Shown here: positions 37,121 through 45,278 of the stretch, in pieces | Position numbering within the stretch: the first letter of the stretch is position 1 | Layout: each line of letters starts with the position of its first letter | Source of the DNA: a virus | Taxonomy: Duplodnaviria > Caudoviricetes | DNA length: 62,237 nucleotides | Virus record (IMG/VR): IMGVR_UViG_3300044940_000392 | Coordinates: 1-62,237 of that record | Strand: one strand, 5' to 3' | Notes under the pieces: generated by a model | The model's database searches: none | Told to the model about the DNA's origin: nothing | What the model saw: only the letters and a program-made list of their open reading frames with translations | Program-made: the position numbers and the translations under genes

Positions 37121-37726
37121 ATGAATCTCGACATAATCAGAAACCTGACAATTCTGTATAATTCCACAAACCCGTCCCGCCGTTTTGAGGGTTTGAAATT
37201 CTGGAATGAAATTTCCGACAAAGTTTACCGAGAGGCGCGGACGTTTCATATTCCTGATAAAATCCTCTGCGGTATGACTGCGATTCTATCGCCGGGCGTA
37301 GAATTAAAGAAAGCTCTTGAATATTCATTGCAAATCGCGGATGAGCTTAAACGTGGATATAAGATGAATGAATTAACTCTCCTCGGCGCGTATGGATGGA
37401 ATAATTTATCCAAAGCGGCGGAGTTATTCTTAACCGGAAAAGTCGATCTTATTTCTGGAAATAAAGTAGTTAATACTTATGAACTACTCGTAAGACCGAA
37501 TCGAGAAAATGTTTCAATTGGACGAAATGAAAAACGGGCGGCGTATAATGATTTCGTCACTGATGATTCTAAGTTGAAAATTTCCCCGAAAGAATATGAG
37601 TTCCTCGCGGAGCATTACAGATACGCCGCAGGCGAATTAAATCTCAGACCTTGCGATTTACAGGCGGTTATTAATATTCAAGTAAAAGAATATTTTGCAC
37701 GAACCTTGTATGGTGTTATCGTATGA
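37121..37726 (+). CDS. HhH-glycosylase-like phage protein (DUF7178-like), probably degenerate
   Basis: A.LSP, G.KV, Y..AA..L...P..LQAV motifs; expected VT.D.HA replaced by VSIGRNE. Confidence 0.6.
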   Translation: MNLDIIRNLTILYNSTNPSRRFEGLKFWNEISDKVYREARTFHIPDKILCGMTAILSPGVELKKALEYSLQIADELKRGYKMNELTLLGAYGWNNLSKAAELFLTGKVDLISGNKVVNTYELLVRPNRENVSIGRNEKRAAYNDFVTDDSKLKISPKEYEFLAEHYRYAAGELNLRPCDLQAVINIQVKEYFARTLYGVIV

Positions 37727-37809
37727 AAGATATCATACTTTGGGTATTGGTGTTTTTTCTAATGGTTGAAGTAATCGCCAGTTACTTTGAAAGGAAAATT
37801 AATGAATAA
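37723..37809 (+). CDS. 28 aa single-TM peptide
   Basis: MKDIILWVLVFFLMVEVIASYFERKINE; ATGA overlap. Confidence 0.5.
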   Translation: MKDIILWVLVFFLMVEVIASYFERKINE

Positions 37810-38161
37810 AGAAATTAAAGAAAAATGGATCGCCGCGCTTCGCAGTGGTGAATATACACAAGCAAAAGAAGTATTAAAAAATGAAGATAGTTTTTGTTGC
37901 CTAGGTGTTCTATGCGACTTGTATTCAAAAGAAAAGAATATACCATGGAAACCCGGGGGGATCGGTCTTTCAATAGAAGATTGCTATTTTTCCTTACCTG
38001 CTAAAGTTATTGACTGGGCGGGATTCAAAAATAAAAAACCAATTCCAATAGTGACTTTACCTGATGAGCGTGCTGTGGATCTTTCCGCGTTAAATGATAC
38101 GTTTAACTTTTCATTTAACCAAATTGCGGATTTAGTTGAACAACAAGGAGATAATTTGTAA
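37802..38161 (+). CDS. CCLGVLC-family protein, paralog 2
   Basis: WIAALRSGEY.Q...FCCLGVLCDL...LP..V..WAG...LND...SF.QIAD. Confidence 0.85.
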   Translation: MNKEIKEKWIAALRSGEYTQAKEVLKNEDSFCCLGVLCDLYSKEKNIPWKPGGIGLSIEDCYFSLPAKVIDWAGFKNKKPIPIVTLPDERAVDLSALNDTFNFSFNQIADLVEQQGDNL

Positions 38162-38550
38162 TGTCGTTAAATATTGAATTATTAAATAAAGTGAAGGAAT
38201 GTATCTTAAATGATCCTTCTCAATTTGATATGGATTATTTTCACATGGAGGATCCAGAATCTACTTGCCAGACAACTTCATGTATCGCTGGATGGGCCGC
38301 TTATTTGAACAATCCTGAATGGTATAATTCAGCATCATTAAATGAAAATTTTACCTATTTTCTTTCTTTTGAGGGTGAATATGTCCTCGGATTAACTTCT
38401 TTGCAAGCAGGAAAACTGTTCTATTATCATAGGTGGCCGAAACAGTTTGCAGAAGCATATTCAAAAGCGAAATTAGAAAATAACAAAAAGCAAATGGCGA
38501 AAGTAGCTGCGGATTACATTGATTATTTTATTAAAAATAAGGATGAATAA
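38161..38550 (+). CDS. Hypothetical phage protein (C.TT.CIAGWA motif)
   Basis: FDM..F...CQTTSCIAGWA...LGL...A..LF. Confidence 0.75.
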   Translation: MSLNIELLNKVKECILNDPSQFDMDYFHMEDPESTCQTTSCIAGWAAYLNNPEWYNSASLNENFTYFLSFEGEYVLGLTSLQAGKLFYYHRWPKQFAEAYSKAKLENNKKQMAKVAADYIDYFIKNKDE

Positions 38551-38949
38551 ATGCTTCTTCAGACAAAAATTACGATTTTAAATATAAATGAAATTCAATC
38601 GGTGAAAATTACAGAGAATGATATTACTGTTCTATTCAAAGGACGTAATGATTCCGTAATTTTACATGATCCCGACATGGTTGAAATGTTAAAAATTTCC
38701 TTTGCTGCGGGACTTATTACCCCGGAAATTGCAAAAACTCAAAATATAGAGTATTCAAAACTCGTTAAACTTCAAGCTGCCCAGTCCGCACTGAAAGCAA
38801 AAATTCAACAAAAAATGGTTCTTGCGGAAATCGCGGAAATGGAGGAAGATTTGGAATACATTGAAAAATACGGTATTCAAGAATTTATCGCCCGCGGTCA
38901 AAAATTTCCTCCGCCGATTGTGACTCCCGGCGGAAACAATGTCCAGTAG
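38551..38949 (+). CDS. Hypothetical protein
   Basis: 132 aa; beta N-terminus plus coiled coil. Confidence 0.65.
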   Translation: MLLQTKITILNINEIQSVKITENDITVLFKGRNDSVILHDPDMVEMLKISFAAGLITPEIAKTQNIEYSKLVKLQAAQSALKAKIQQKMVLAEIAEMEEDLEYIEKYGIQEFIARGQKFPPPIVTPGGNNVQ

Positions 38950-38963
38950 AAAATTATTCAAAA

Positions 38964-39881
38964 ATGAAAGGAAAAATAATGTTCAAACCATCCGCTGAAA
39001 TTCTAAACTACGTAGTAACCAAATCGGGTGACCGATTAATTTCATTCAAACTCACAATGCACCGATGGGTTCTTTCTGAATTTAATACCCACCGCGCATT
39101 TTCCCGCAATTCCGCATCTTCCCGTGCTATTCCGATTCATAAAATGATCGAATTAGCAGAAACTTCTGATGTTGCTCCCGTCGAATGGGGTAAGAATTGT
39201 TCAGGAATGTCAAATAAGGAGATTATTTCTGAACAAAGTATTTTAGCTTCTATTCAAAATGAATGGGAAATTGCGCGGCATAATGCTATCGAATCAGCTA
39301 GACGATTAAATAATCTTAATGTTCACAAACAAATTGTGAATAGAATTCTTGAACCATTTTTACCTCATACAGTAATCGCAACAATGGACCGACAAGCATT
39401 GGAACATTTTCTAATGCTAAGAACTTCAATTGAAGCTCAACCTGAAATCCGCGCACTGGCCTTAGAAATGCAAAGACTATATCATTCAACGCGTCCGGGA
39501 ATGTTGTATGATTTTCAAATCTATTCGCCATTCGGAATCTATGAATGGGAATGTCTTAATATGACAGAAGTTCCCGATGATCAAACCGGGCAATACGAGA
39601 ATAAATTAATGTATTCTCCAGTAATTTACCGTGACGTTTCAAAATGTGCGCGAATTTCCTATTTGAAACATGAGGAAACCGCGTCTGAAGAGAAGGATGA
39701 GAATTTGTTCTGGAAGTTGTTCAAAGCAAAGCATTTAAGCCCGTTCGAGCATCTTGCTTTATATGACCCGCAACGACGTTTTAGTAGATTTTTCGGATAC
39801 TTCGGTGAGGAAGATTTATACAAATCTAATTTTCCGAAAACATTCATTCAGCTAAGAAAGCTGATTGAAATGAATTTCTAA
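38964..39881 (+). CDS. thyX: Flavin-dependent thymidylate synthase
   Basis: EFNTHRAFSRNSASSRAIP, HKQIVNRILEPF, AQPEI, CARISY, H.SPFEH. Confidence 0.9.
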   Translation: MKGKIMFKPSAEILNYVVTKSGDRLISFKLTMHRWVLSEFNTHRAFSRNSASSRAIPIHKMIELAETSDVAPVEWGKNCSGMSNKEIISEQSILASIQNEWEIARHNAIESARRLNNLNVHKQIVNRILEPFLPHTVIATMDRQALEHFLMLRTSIEAQPEIRALALEMQRLYHSTRPGMLYDFQIYSPFGIYEWECLNMTEVPDDQTGQYENKLMYSPVIYRDVSKCARISYLKHEETASEEKDENLFWKLFKAKHLSPFEHLALYDPQRRFSRFFGYFGEEDLYKSNFPKTFIQLRKLIEMNF

Positions 39882-39889
39882 CCCCCGCT

Positions 39890-40051
39890 TCGCATATATA
39901 CGCACGCGACATGATTACTAATATATATATTATATATAATAAAAACCGCATGTATACGCAGAGGCGCGTATATGGTAAGTGCGCGGACGTGCATATATGG
40001 TAAACGCATGTGGGCGCGTATATGGTAAACACGTCGTATATATGCTATGAT
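39890..40051. repeat. Iteron-like direct repeats and (AT)n tract; candidate replication origin/operator
   Basis: GCGTATATGGTAA-type units at ~39967, 39991, 40017, 40035; AT-only run ~39919-39945. Confidence 0.6.
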
Positions 40052-40276
40052 GAAACCGTAGCCCGTCGAGTGTGGAACTGGTACTTTGGTACTGGTGGTG
40101 AAGCCCTTGAGACGCGCCGTTAAAACCTCTCCCCTTGAGCCACAGAGGGCCGCTATTGAATCGGTCCGCTGTGCCGGGGGTGACTAGGCCAATGCCGAGG
40201 CCGACGCAATACAGAGCGTTTCTGGGCCAAAACGGACACATAAATTTCAACTGAAAAATAAAAAAAGAGGAAAAAA

Positions 40277-40633
40277 ATGAATCAAAAAATTGCAAAAAAA
40301 TGGATCGATGCTTTGCGTAGTGGGCAATATAGAAAATCTAAACATTGTCTTAAAAATAAACGCGGTTATTGTTGTTTAGGTGTATTAACGGATTTATACA
40401 GAAAAGAACATAAAAAAGAATGGGATTATAATTCAAACCATAAACAATATTCTTTTATGTTTGCATATAATTTCTTACCAAAAGAAGTTATAGAATGGGC
40501 CGGAATGAGAAATGAGTTTGGAGAGTTTTATGTAAATAAAGAAAAAAGAATTACATTATATGAAGAAAATGATAAAGGAAAATCGTTTTCAGAGATTGCG
40601 GATATTATTGAAAAATATCTGGAAGTATTGTGA
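40277..40633 (+). CDS. CCLGVLC-family protein, paralog 3
   Basis: WIDALRSGQY...GYCCLGVLTDL...LP.EV.EWAG...ND.G.SFSEIADIIE. Confidence 0.85.
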   Translation: MNQKIAKKWIDALRSGQYRKSKHCLKNKRGYCCLGVLTDLYRKEHKKEWDYNSNHKQYSFMFAYNFLPKEVIEWAGMRNEFGEFYVNKEKRITLYEENDKGKSFSEIADIIEKYLEVL

Positions 40634-40637
40634 ATTT

Positions 40638-40751
40638 ATGAAAAAACAAAAACTTGTCGAAACAGCATTTGAAGCAATGATTAAGGCAATTAAGCCTGAA
40701 GTTAATAAACTTGTTAAATTTTACGAAAAAAATTATAAGGAAAAAGTATAA
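40638..40751 (+). CDS. Small basic peptide
   Basis: MKKQKLVETAFEAMIKAIKPEVNKLVKFYEKNYKEKV. Confidence 0.45.
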   Translation: MKKQKLVETAFEAMIKAIKPEVNKLVKFYEKNYKEKV

Positions 40752-40762
40752 GGAAAATTATC

Positions 40763-41170
40763 ATGAAAACTCTAAACATTAAATTGTCTGCTCCCGAAGG
40801 TTTTGAATTTATTCCATTTGATACCGAGCCGCGCTTTTTAGAAAAAGATGAATATGGAATTATTTATCCTAACGATGATTCGGAAGATAATGTAATAAAA
40901 GCTAAAGAAAAAACTTTATTAAAATATATCCCTTTAAGAAAGTTTTCTCAGTTGCCTAAAATTTCATTCAAAGTGGACAGTTCACATTCATATAATGAAA
41001 ACATCTGTATCCCTGATGGATATGTTATTTTAGGTTTCGATAAATTATTCTATTTACAACAGAGTGGCGCGGATTATTGGTTAGATTCTTTTGGAAAAGT
41101 CAGAGAATTTAATAATGCCGATGGAATTGATTCTTATCAATTCTGGTTCGGATTAAAAAAGAGACCATAA
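40763..41170 (+). CDS. Hypothetical protein with two P(E/D)G(F/Y) units; paralog of 44080..44520
   Basis: APEGFEF...EYG / IPDGY...GFD...G.V...GLKK. Confidence 0.7.
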   Translation: MKTLNIKLSAPEGFEFIPFDTEPRFLEKDEYGIIYPNDDSEDNVIKAKEKTLLKYIPLRKFSQLPKISFKVDSSHSYNENICIPDGYVILGFDKLFYLQQSGADYWLDSFGKVREFNNADGIDSYQFWFGLKKRP

Positions 41171-41210
41171 AAAATTAATTACTTTTTTAAGAGAGGAAAT
41201 AAAAAATAAA

Positions 41211-41606
41211 ATGAATACTCAAATTGCACAGGAGTGGGTTTATGCTTTAAGGAGCAGAAAATATGAACAAGCAAAAGGTAATTTGAAAACATTTTCAGGT
41301 TATTGCTGCTTGGGTGTTTTATGTGATTTACATAAAAACCAAACACAAGAAGGTGAATGGATAATTTCCCAAGATGGAAATTATTGTTATAAAACAAAAT
41401 CTGAAGAATCTAGAATTTTTTTACCTGAAGAAGTCGTTGAATGGGCGGGAGTAAAAACATTCAATCCTTATATTACAAACGAAGAAAAATGCGAAAAAAC
41501 GGATAAAAAATTTATGAAAAAAATACCGTTATCACGATTGAATGATAATTATTGGAACTTTCGTGAAATTGCTGAAATCATTGAAAAATATCAGGAGGAA
41601 CTATAA
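41211..41606 (+). CDS. CCLGVLC-family protein, paralog 4
   Basis: Same scaffold motifs. Confidence 0.85.
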   Translation: MNTQIAQEWVYALRSRKYEQAKGNLKTFSGYCCLGVLCDLHKNQTQEGEWIISQDGNYCYKTKSEESRIFLPEEVVEWAGVKTFNPYITNEEKCEKTDKKFMKKIPLSRLNDNYWNFREIAEIIEKYQEEL

Positions 41607-41607
41607 A

Positions 41608-41997
41608 ATGAAAGTTGAAATTGCACAAAAATGGATTAATGCATTAAGAAGAGGTGAATATGCACAAATAAAAAGAACCTTGAAATCTTTTTCCGGCTTT
41701 TGTTGTTTAGGTGTTCTATGTGACATTCATAGAAAAGAAACCGGAAAAGGCAATTGGGATTTTCAGTCATCAAATGGTGAAATTTGTTATAACATTGATG
41801 CAAGAGATTATACTGCTTTCTTACCGAAAGAAGTGTGTGAATGGGCAGGTATAAAAGAAGAAGATCCTAGAGTATTATTAAGTGACGAAGAAAATCCTGC
41901 TGAAAAAAACATGTCCTCTTTATCATCCTTAAATGATAGTGGAACTAGTTTTTCGGAAATTGCGGATATTATTGAGGAAAATATCGAAACAATATAA
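41608..41997 (+). CDS. CCLGVLC-family protein, paralog 5
   Basis: AGGAGG SD then ATG at 41608; same scaffold motifs. Confidence 0.85.
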   Translation: MKVEIAQKWINALRRGEYAQIKRTLKSFSGFCCLGVLCDIHRKETGKGNWDFQSSNGEICYNIDARDYTAFLPKEVCEWAGIKEEDPRVLLSDEENPAEKNMSSLSSLNDSGTSFSEIADIIEENIETI

Positions 41998-42009
41998 GAA
42001 GAGATTATA

Positions 42010-42363
42010 ATGAATATACAAATTGCTGAAAAATGGATTGAAGAATTAAGAAGCGGAAACTACGTACAAGGAAAGTTTAAGCTAAAATCCAATGAAGGAT
42101 ATTGTTGCTTAGGTGTTCTATGTGAGCTTTATCTGAAAGAAAATCCTAAAAAAGAAAACTGGAAATACAATAAAATAGTAGATGCATACACAATTTTTAA
42201 TGAGTATGATTATTTACCTGAAGAAGTCCAGAAATGGGCGGAAATAAAATCAGATGATGCATATCTTTCTCCGGGTGTATCTTTAAGTATCTTGAATGAT
42301 CGTCTTGATTATGATTTTAATCGAATCGCACAAATTATCGAAAATGAAAAGGAATTTCTATAA
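42010..42363 (+). CDS. CCLGVLC-family protein, paralog 6
   Basis: Same scaffold motifs (CCLGVLCEL). Confidence 0.85.
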   Translation: MNIQIAEKWIEELRSGNYVQGKFKLKSNEGYCCLGVLCELYLKENPKKENWKYNKIVDAYTIFNEYDYLPEEVQKWAEIKSDDAYLSPGVSLSILNDRLDYDFNRIAQIIENEKEFL

Positions 42364-42726
42364 ATGGAAATTTTCATTAATGGTTTACGCGAAGTAGAAA
42401 CAAAAAGTGGAAAAAACGCGGGGAGAAAATCTTTATTCTTTTCCGTCGCGTTCAAAATTGGGAATTCATTAATCATAACCACCGGGTGGAGATTATTTGA
42501 TAAAAAAATCCATCCTCAAATGGCTATGTACGGCGGCGGCAGGATTTTAAATCTATCCGCCGTTGATTCAGCAACCGCCGCGATGATTTATTTTAAATTG
42601 AAAGAAAAACTAGTAGATGAATATTCAAAATATGAATTATCAGAAGATTTGAATGAAGCAACGCGGTTAATCATCGCACGGAAGTCTGATGTACAAAAAA
42701 TGCTACCGGAGTTAATCAATGCCTAA
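42364..42726 (+). CDS. Hypothetical protein
   Basis: 120 aa ORF within the operon. Confidence 0.65.
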   Translation: MEIFINGLREVETKSGKNAGRKSLFFSVAFKIGNSLIITTGWRLFDKKIHPQMAMYGGGRILNLSAVDSATAAMIYFKLKEKLVDEYSKYELSEDLNEATRLIIARKSDVQKMLPELINA

Positions 42727-43732
42727 GGCTGTAAAGTATGACTTTACTGAAAACGGAATTCAAGCTCGAATTGATAAATTCAATTCAGAACTGATCGGAC
42801 AAGATCACGTTAAAAAGTCTTTTGAGAAAGTTTTCAAACAGATTTATTTTGACGAAACATTTGGCTTCAAGGAAAATTCGATAATCGGCGCGGCGTTTCT
42901 ATGCGGGCCATCTGGAAGTGGTAAAAGCTTCGCCGCAACCGCAATGAGCAAGGCTATTCATGGCACGGATAGACATATTCTTAAAGTGAATTGTAATGAA
43001 TATGTAAACGATCATGAAATTGCTAAATTACTCGGAGCGCCGCCCGGATATTTAGGACACAGGGAAACACAACCGTTATTGTCTCAAGCGCGGTTGAACG
43101 CGGTAGCTTCGGAATTGTCCCCGGTTTCAATCATTCTATGGGATGAAATTGAAAAAGCATCTCCAAAGTTTGCTGATACAATCATGCAAATTCTCGACCG
43201 GGGTATTCTTCGTGTCGGAGATAATTCGCTTGTAAATTTTGAAAAAACATATCATTTGTTTACAACGAATATCGGATATAAATATAATTCATCAAGTTTT
43301 CTTTTAGCGGAAAATCAGAATAAAGAAAAAGATCAGATGGCCGCGCTTCGTAAAAATTTCCGCCCGGAATTTCTTAACCGAATCTCCTCTTTTTTGTTCT
43401 TCAATCCGTTTTCTAAAGCAGAAATTCAAAAACTGTTTGAAAAAATGTTGGTTGAACGCTTCGCTAATATTAGGCTTCAGGCTTCAGCACTTAAAGCGCG
43501 GTTAAATAAAATCGTTCTTTCTGTGAATTGCATGAACGAATACTTACCGAGGTTATCCGATTCAGTTTCCGGCGCGAGGAATATTAAGTATATCATTAAC
43601 AATGAGTTCTACCTCGTCGGGGCTGATCGGGTTTGTAAAGAAATAAATGATCTTCCAGAAGATTTTAATATTTACTTTGATTTCGTAAAAAACGAGTTAA
43701 TCGCTGAAATTATAACCGCCTATGAAGATTAA
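42719..43732 (+). CDS. Single-ring ClpB/ClpA D2-like AAA+ ATPase (AAA_2)
   Basis: IGQD, GPSGSGKS, LLGAPPGYLG, DEIEKA, QILDRG, FRPEFLNRI, GARN. Confidence 0.9.
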   Translation: MPKAVKYDFTENGIQARIDKFNSELIGQDHVKKSFEKVFKQIYFDETFGFKENSIIGAAFLCGPSGSGKSFAATAMSKAIHGTDRHILKVNCNEYVNDHEIAKLLGAPPGYLGHRETQPLLSQARLNAVASELSPVSIILWDEIEKASPKFADTIMQILDRGILRVGDNSLVNFEKTYHLFTTNIGYKYNSSSFLLAENQNKEKDQMAALRKNFRPEFLNRISSFLFFNPFSKAEIQKLFEKMLVERFANIRLQASALKARLNKIVLSVNCMNEYLPRLSDSVSGARNIKYIINNEFYLVGADRVCKEINDLPEDFNIYFDFVKNELIAEIITAYED

Positions 43733-44111
43733 TAAAGTAGAAATTCATTTATCAAATTTCGTATTCTTAGCCGGAAGTATAAATCGAGATATTAAACTTC
43801 GATTTACTCTTTCCGTTCTAATGTATTGTGACGAAGGTGATCCTTTGGGTTATTCTATCTATGGTTGTATTGCTTATATCAATCATCAAGATAGATTAAC
43901 TTGGCACGGTCCTGCAACACGCTCACGCGGCGTGTTATATCAAAACTTTGTACCGTTTAAACGGCTACATATTGCAGTAACTAATAAACTCGCAGAAACT
44001 AAGTATGCGAAAAAACTGAAACGAAATGTTTTATCTTATTTTGAAAAAACGCCGGGGGAATTAGATCCATCTTTGGAGAATGAAGAAAAGGAGATTAGTT
44101 TTGAACTCTGA
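43722..44111 (+). CDS. Hypothetical protein
   Basis: 129 aa ORF within the operon. Confidence 0.65.
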   Translation: MKINKVEIHLSNFVFLAGSINRDIKLRFTLSVLMYCDEGDPLGYSIYGCIAYINHQDRLTWHGPATRSRGVLYQNFVPFKRLHIAVTNKLAETKYAKKLKRNVLSYFEKTPGELDPSLENEEKEISFEL

Positions 44112-44520
44112 TTTTATAAAAAATATCGAACTTCCTGCGGGATTTAAGTTTAATCCAGAAGATTGTGCTTTAAGACAGATTGGAAAAAATGAATATGGAT
44201 TATTTCTGAATAATAAAGGAAATTGGGTTTTATACTCAGGATATTCAGTAGATCCTGAAATATTAGGTATTCCGGTGTTTGAGAAAAAAAAGGAAAAATT
44301 GCATAATACTAAAATTATCTTAGAAGTTTTTAATTTATACAATCCTGATATGCGTATCCCTGAAGGATATATTCAATGCGGTTTTGATACTCCGAGAGGT
44401 TTATTCAATAAAGACATTAAGTATTATCTTTCTTATGAAGGGAAAGTTGAAGATACTTGGTTTAATTTAACATCTTCTCTTATTGTTGTAGGATTAAAAA
44501 AGGTTAATGAAAAGGAATAA
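44080..44520 (+). CDS. Hypothetical protein; paralog of 40763..41170
   Basis: LPAGFKF...EYG / IPEGY...GFD...GKV...GLKK. Confidence 0.7.
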   Translation: MKKRRLVLNSDFIKNIELPAGFKFNPEDCALRQIGKNEYGLFLNNKGNWVLYSGYSVDPEILGIPVFEKKKEKLHNTKIILEVFNLYNPDMRIPEGYIQCGFDTPRGLFNKDIKYYLSYEGKVEDTWFNLTSSLIVVGLKKVNEKE

Positions 44521-44527
44521 TTAAAAT

Positions 44528-45100
44528 ATGAAAATTGAAGATATCGAATCTCTCCAAGAACCGCTTGATGAAAATTTTCGTAAGAAACCCGGCGATCCAA
44601 AGTTTGATCCGGTAAAAGAATCTGAAGCCGCTGCGGATACGGAAGTTAAGGAAATTGAAACGCGGGACGCCGATTTAGTATTAACCATAACTCCTTCAGT
44701 TTCTGAAAAAACTTCAACCGGGCAGGTAGCTAAAAAACTAGCAGAAATGTTATACAACGGCGTTTCCCGGGAGGTAGCATTAAAAACCCTAGGCGTTGAA
44801 GATCATGAAATTGATGCCCGGCAATTAGCGATTGAAGCGAATTCCTTCATCGTTCAAAATTACACATTCCCAGATGAAGCGCGGCGCATGGTCGTAAAAG
44901 CTACGCTTAACAAGTTGCTGACCGATGCTATAATGACCGGAGACATCGACACGGTGTTGAAGGCAACTAAGCAAATCGCGTCTGACCCGGACGTTGGTTT
45001 GACCGCGCCGCCCCAGAATGTGGTAAACATTTCATTAGAAAAAGTTAATGAAGCGTTGAATAAAGCGAATGATAGAGATGAATTCAAATTTGATGATTAA
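44528..45100 (+). CDS. Possible terminase small subunit (HTH plus helical oligomer plus beta tail)
   Basis: HTH-like GVSREVALKTLG, helical core, C-terminal QNVVNISL strand; not adjacent to terL. Confidence 0.4.
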   Translation: MKIEDIESLQEPLDENFRKKPGDPKFDPVKESEAAADTEVKEIETRDADLVLTITPSVSEKTSTGQVAKKLAEMLYNGVSREVALKTLGVEDHEIDARQLAIEANSFIVQNYTFPDEARRMVVKATLNKLLTDAIMTGDIDTVLKATKQIASDPDVGLTAPPQNVVNISLEKVNEALNKANDRDEFKFDD

Positions 45101-45119
45101 AGAAAAGTTTAATTAAAAA

Positions 45120-45278
45120 ATGTCTGAACCAAAATTTCAAGAATACGCGCACGATAAATATTTCAATACAAAACAATCCGATATTGAACAACCCGCGACG
45201 CCGGGGATTCATATTTTAAGAGAAACAGAAATAAAGAAAATGAAGAAAAAATTAAAGGAAATTCTGTTAAAGAAATGA
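45120..45278 (+). CDS. Small hypothetical protein (52 aa)
   Basis: MSEPKFQEYAHDK...; ATGA overlap with the nuclease gene. Confidence 0.45.
   Translation: MSEPKFQEYAHDKYFNTKQSDIEQPATPGIHILRETEIKKMKKKLKEILLKK

Noticed and set aside
40057-40245. 6S RNA identity for the GC-rich island
   Set aside because: Only a short CCTTGAGCC resemblance; the long rod structure could not be established by eye
29305-42363. Diversity-generating retroelement behind the paralog family
   Set aside because: No reverse transcriptase and no TR/VR pair differing only at adenines; the variation includes indels
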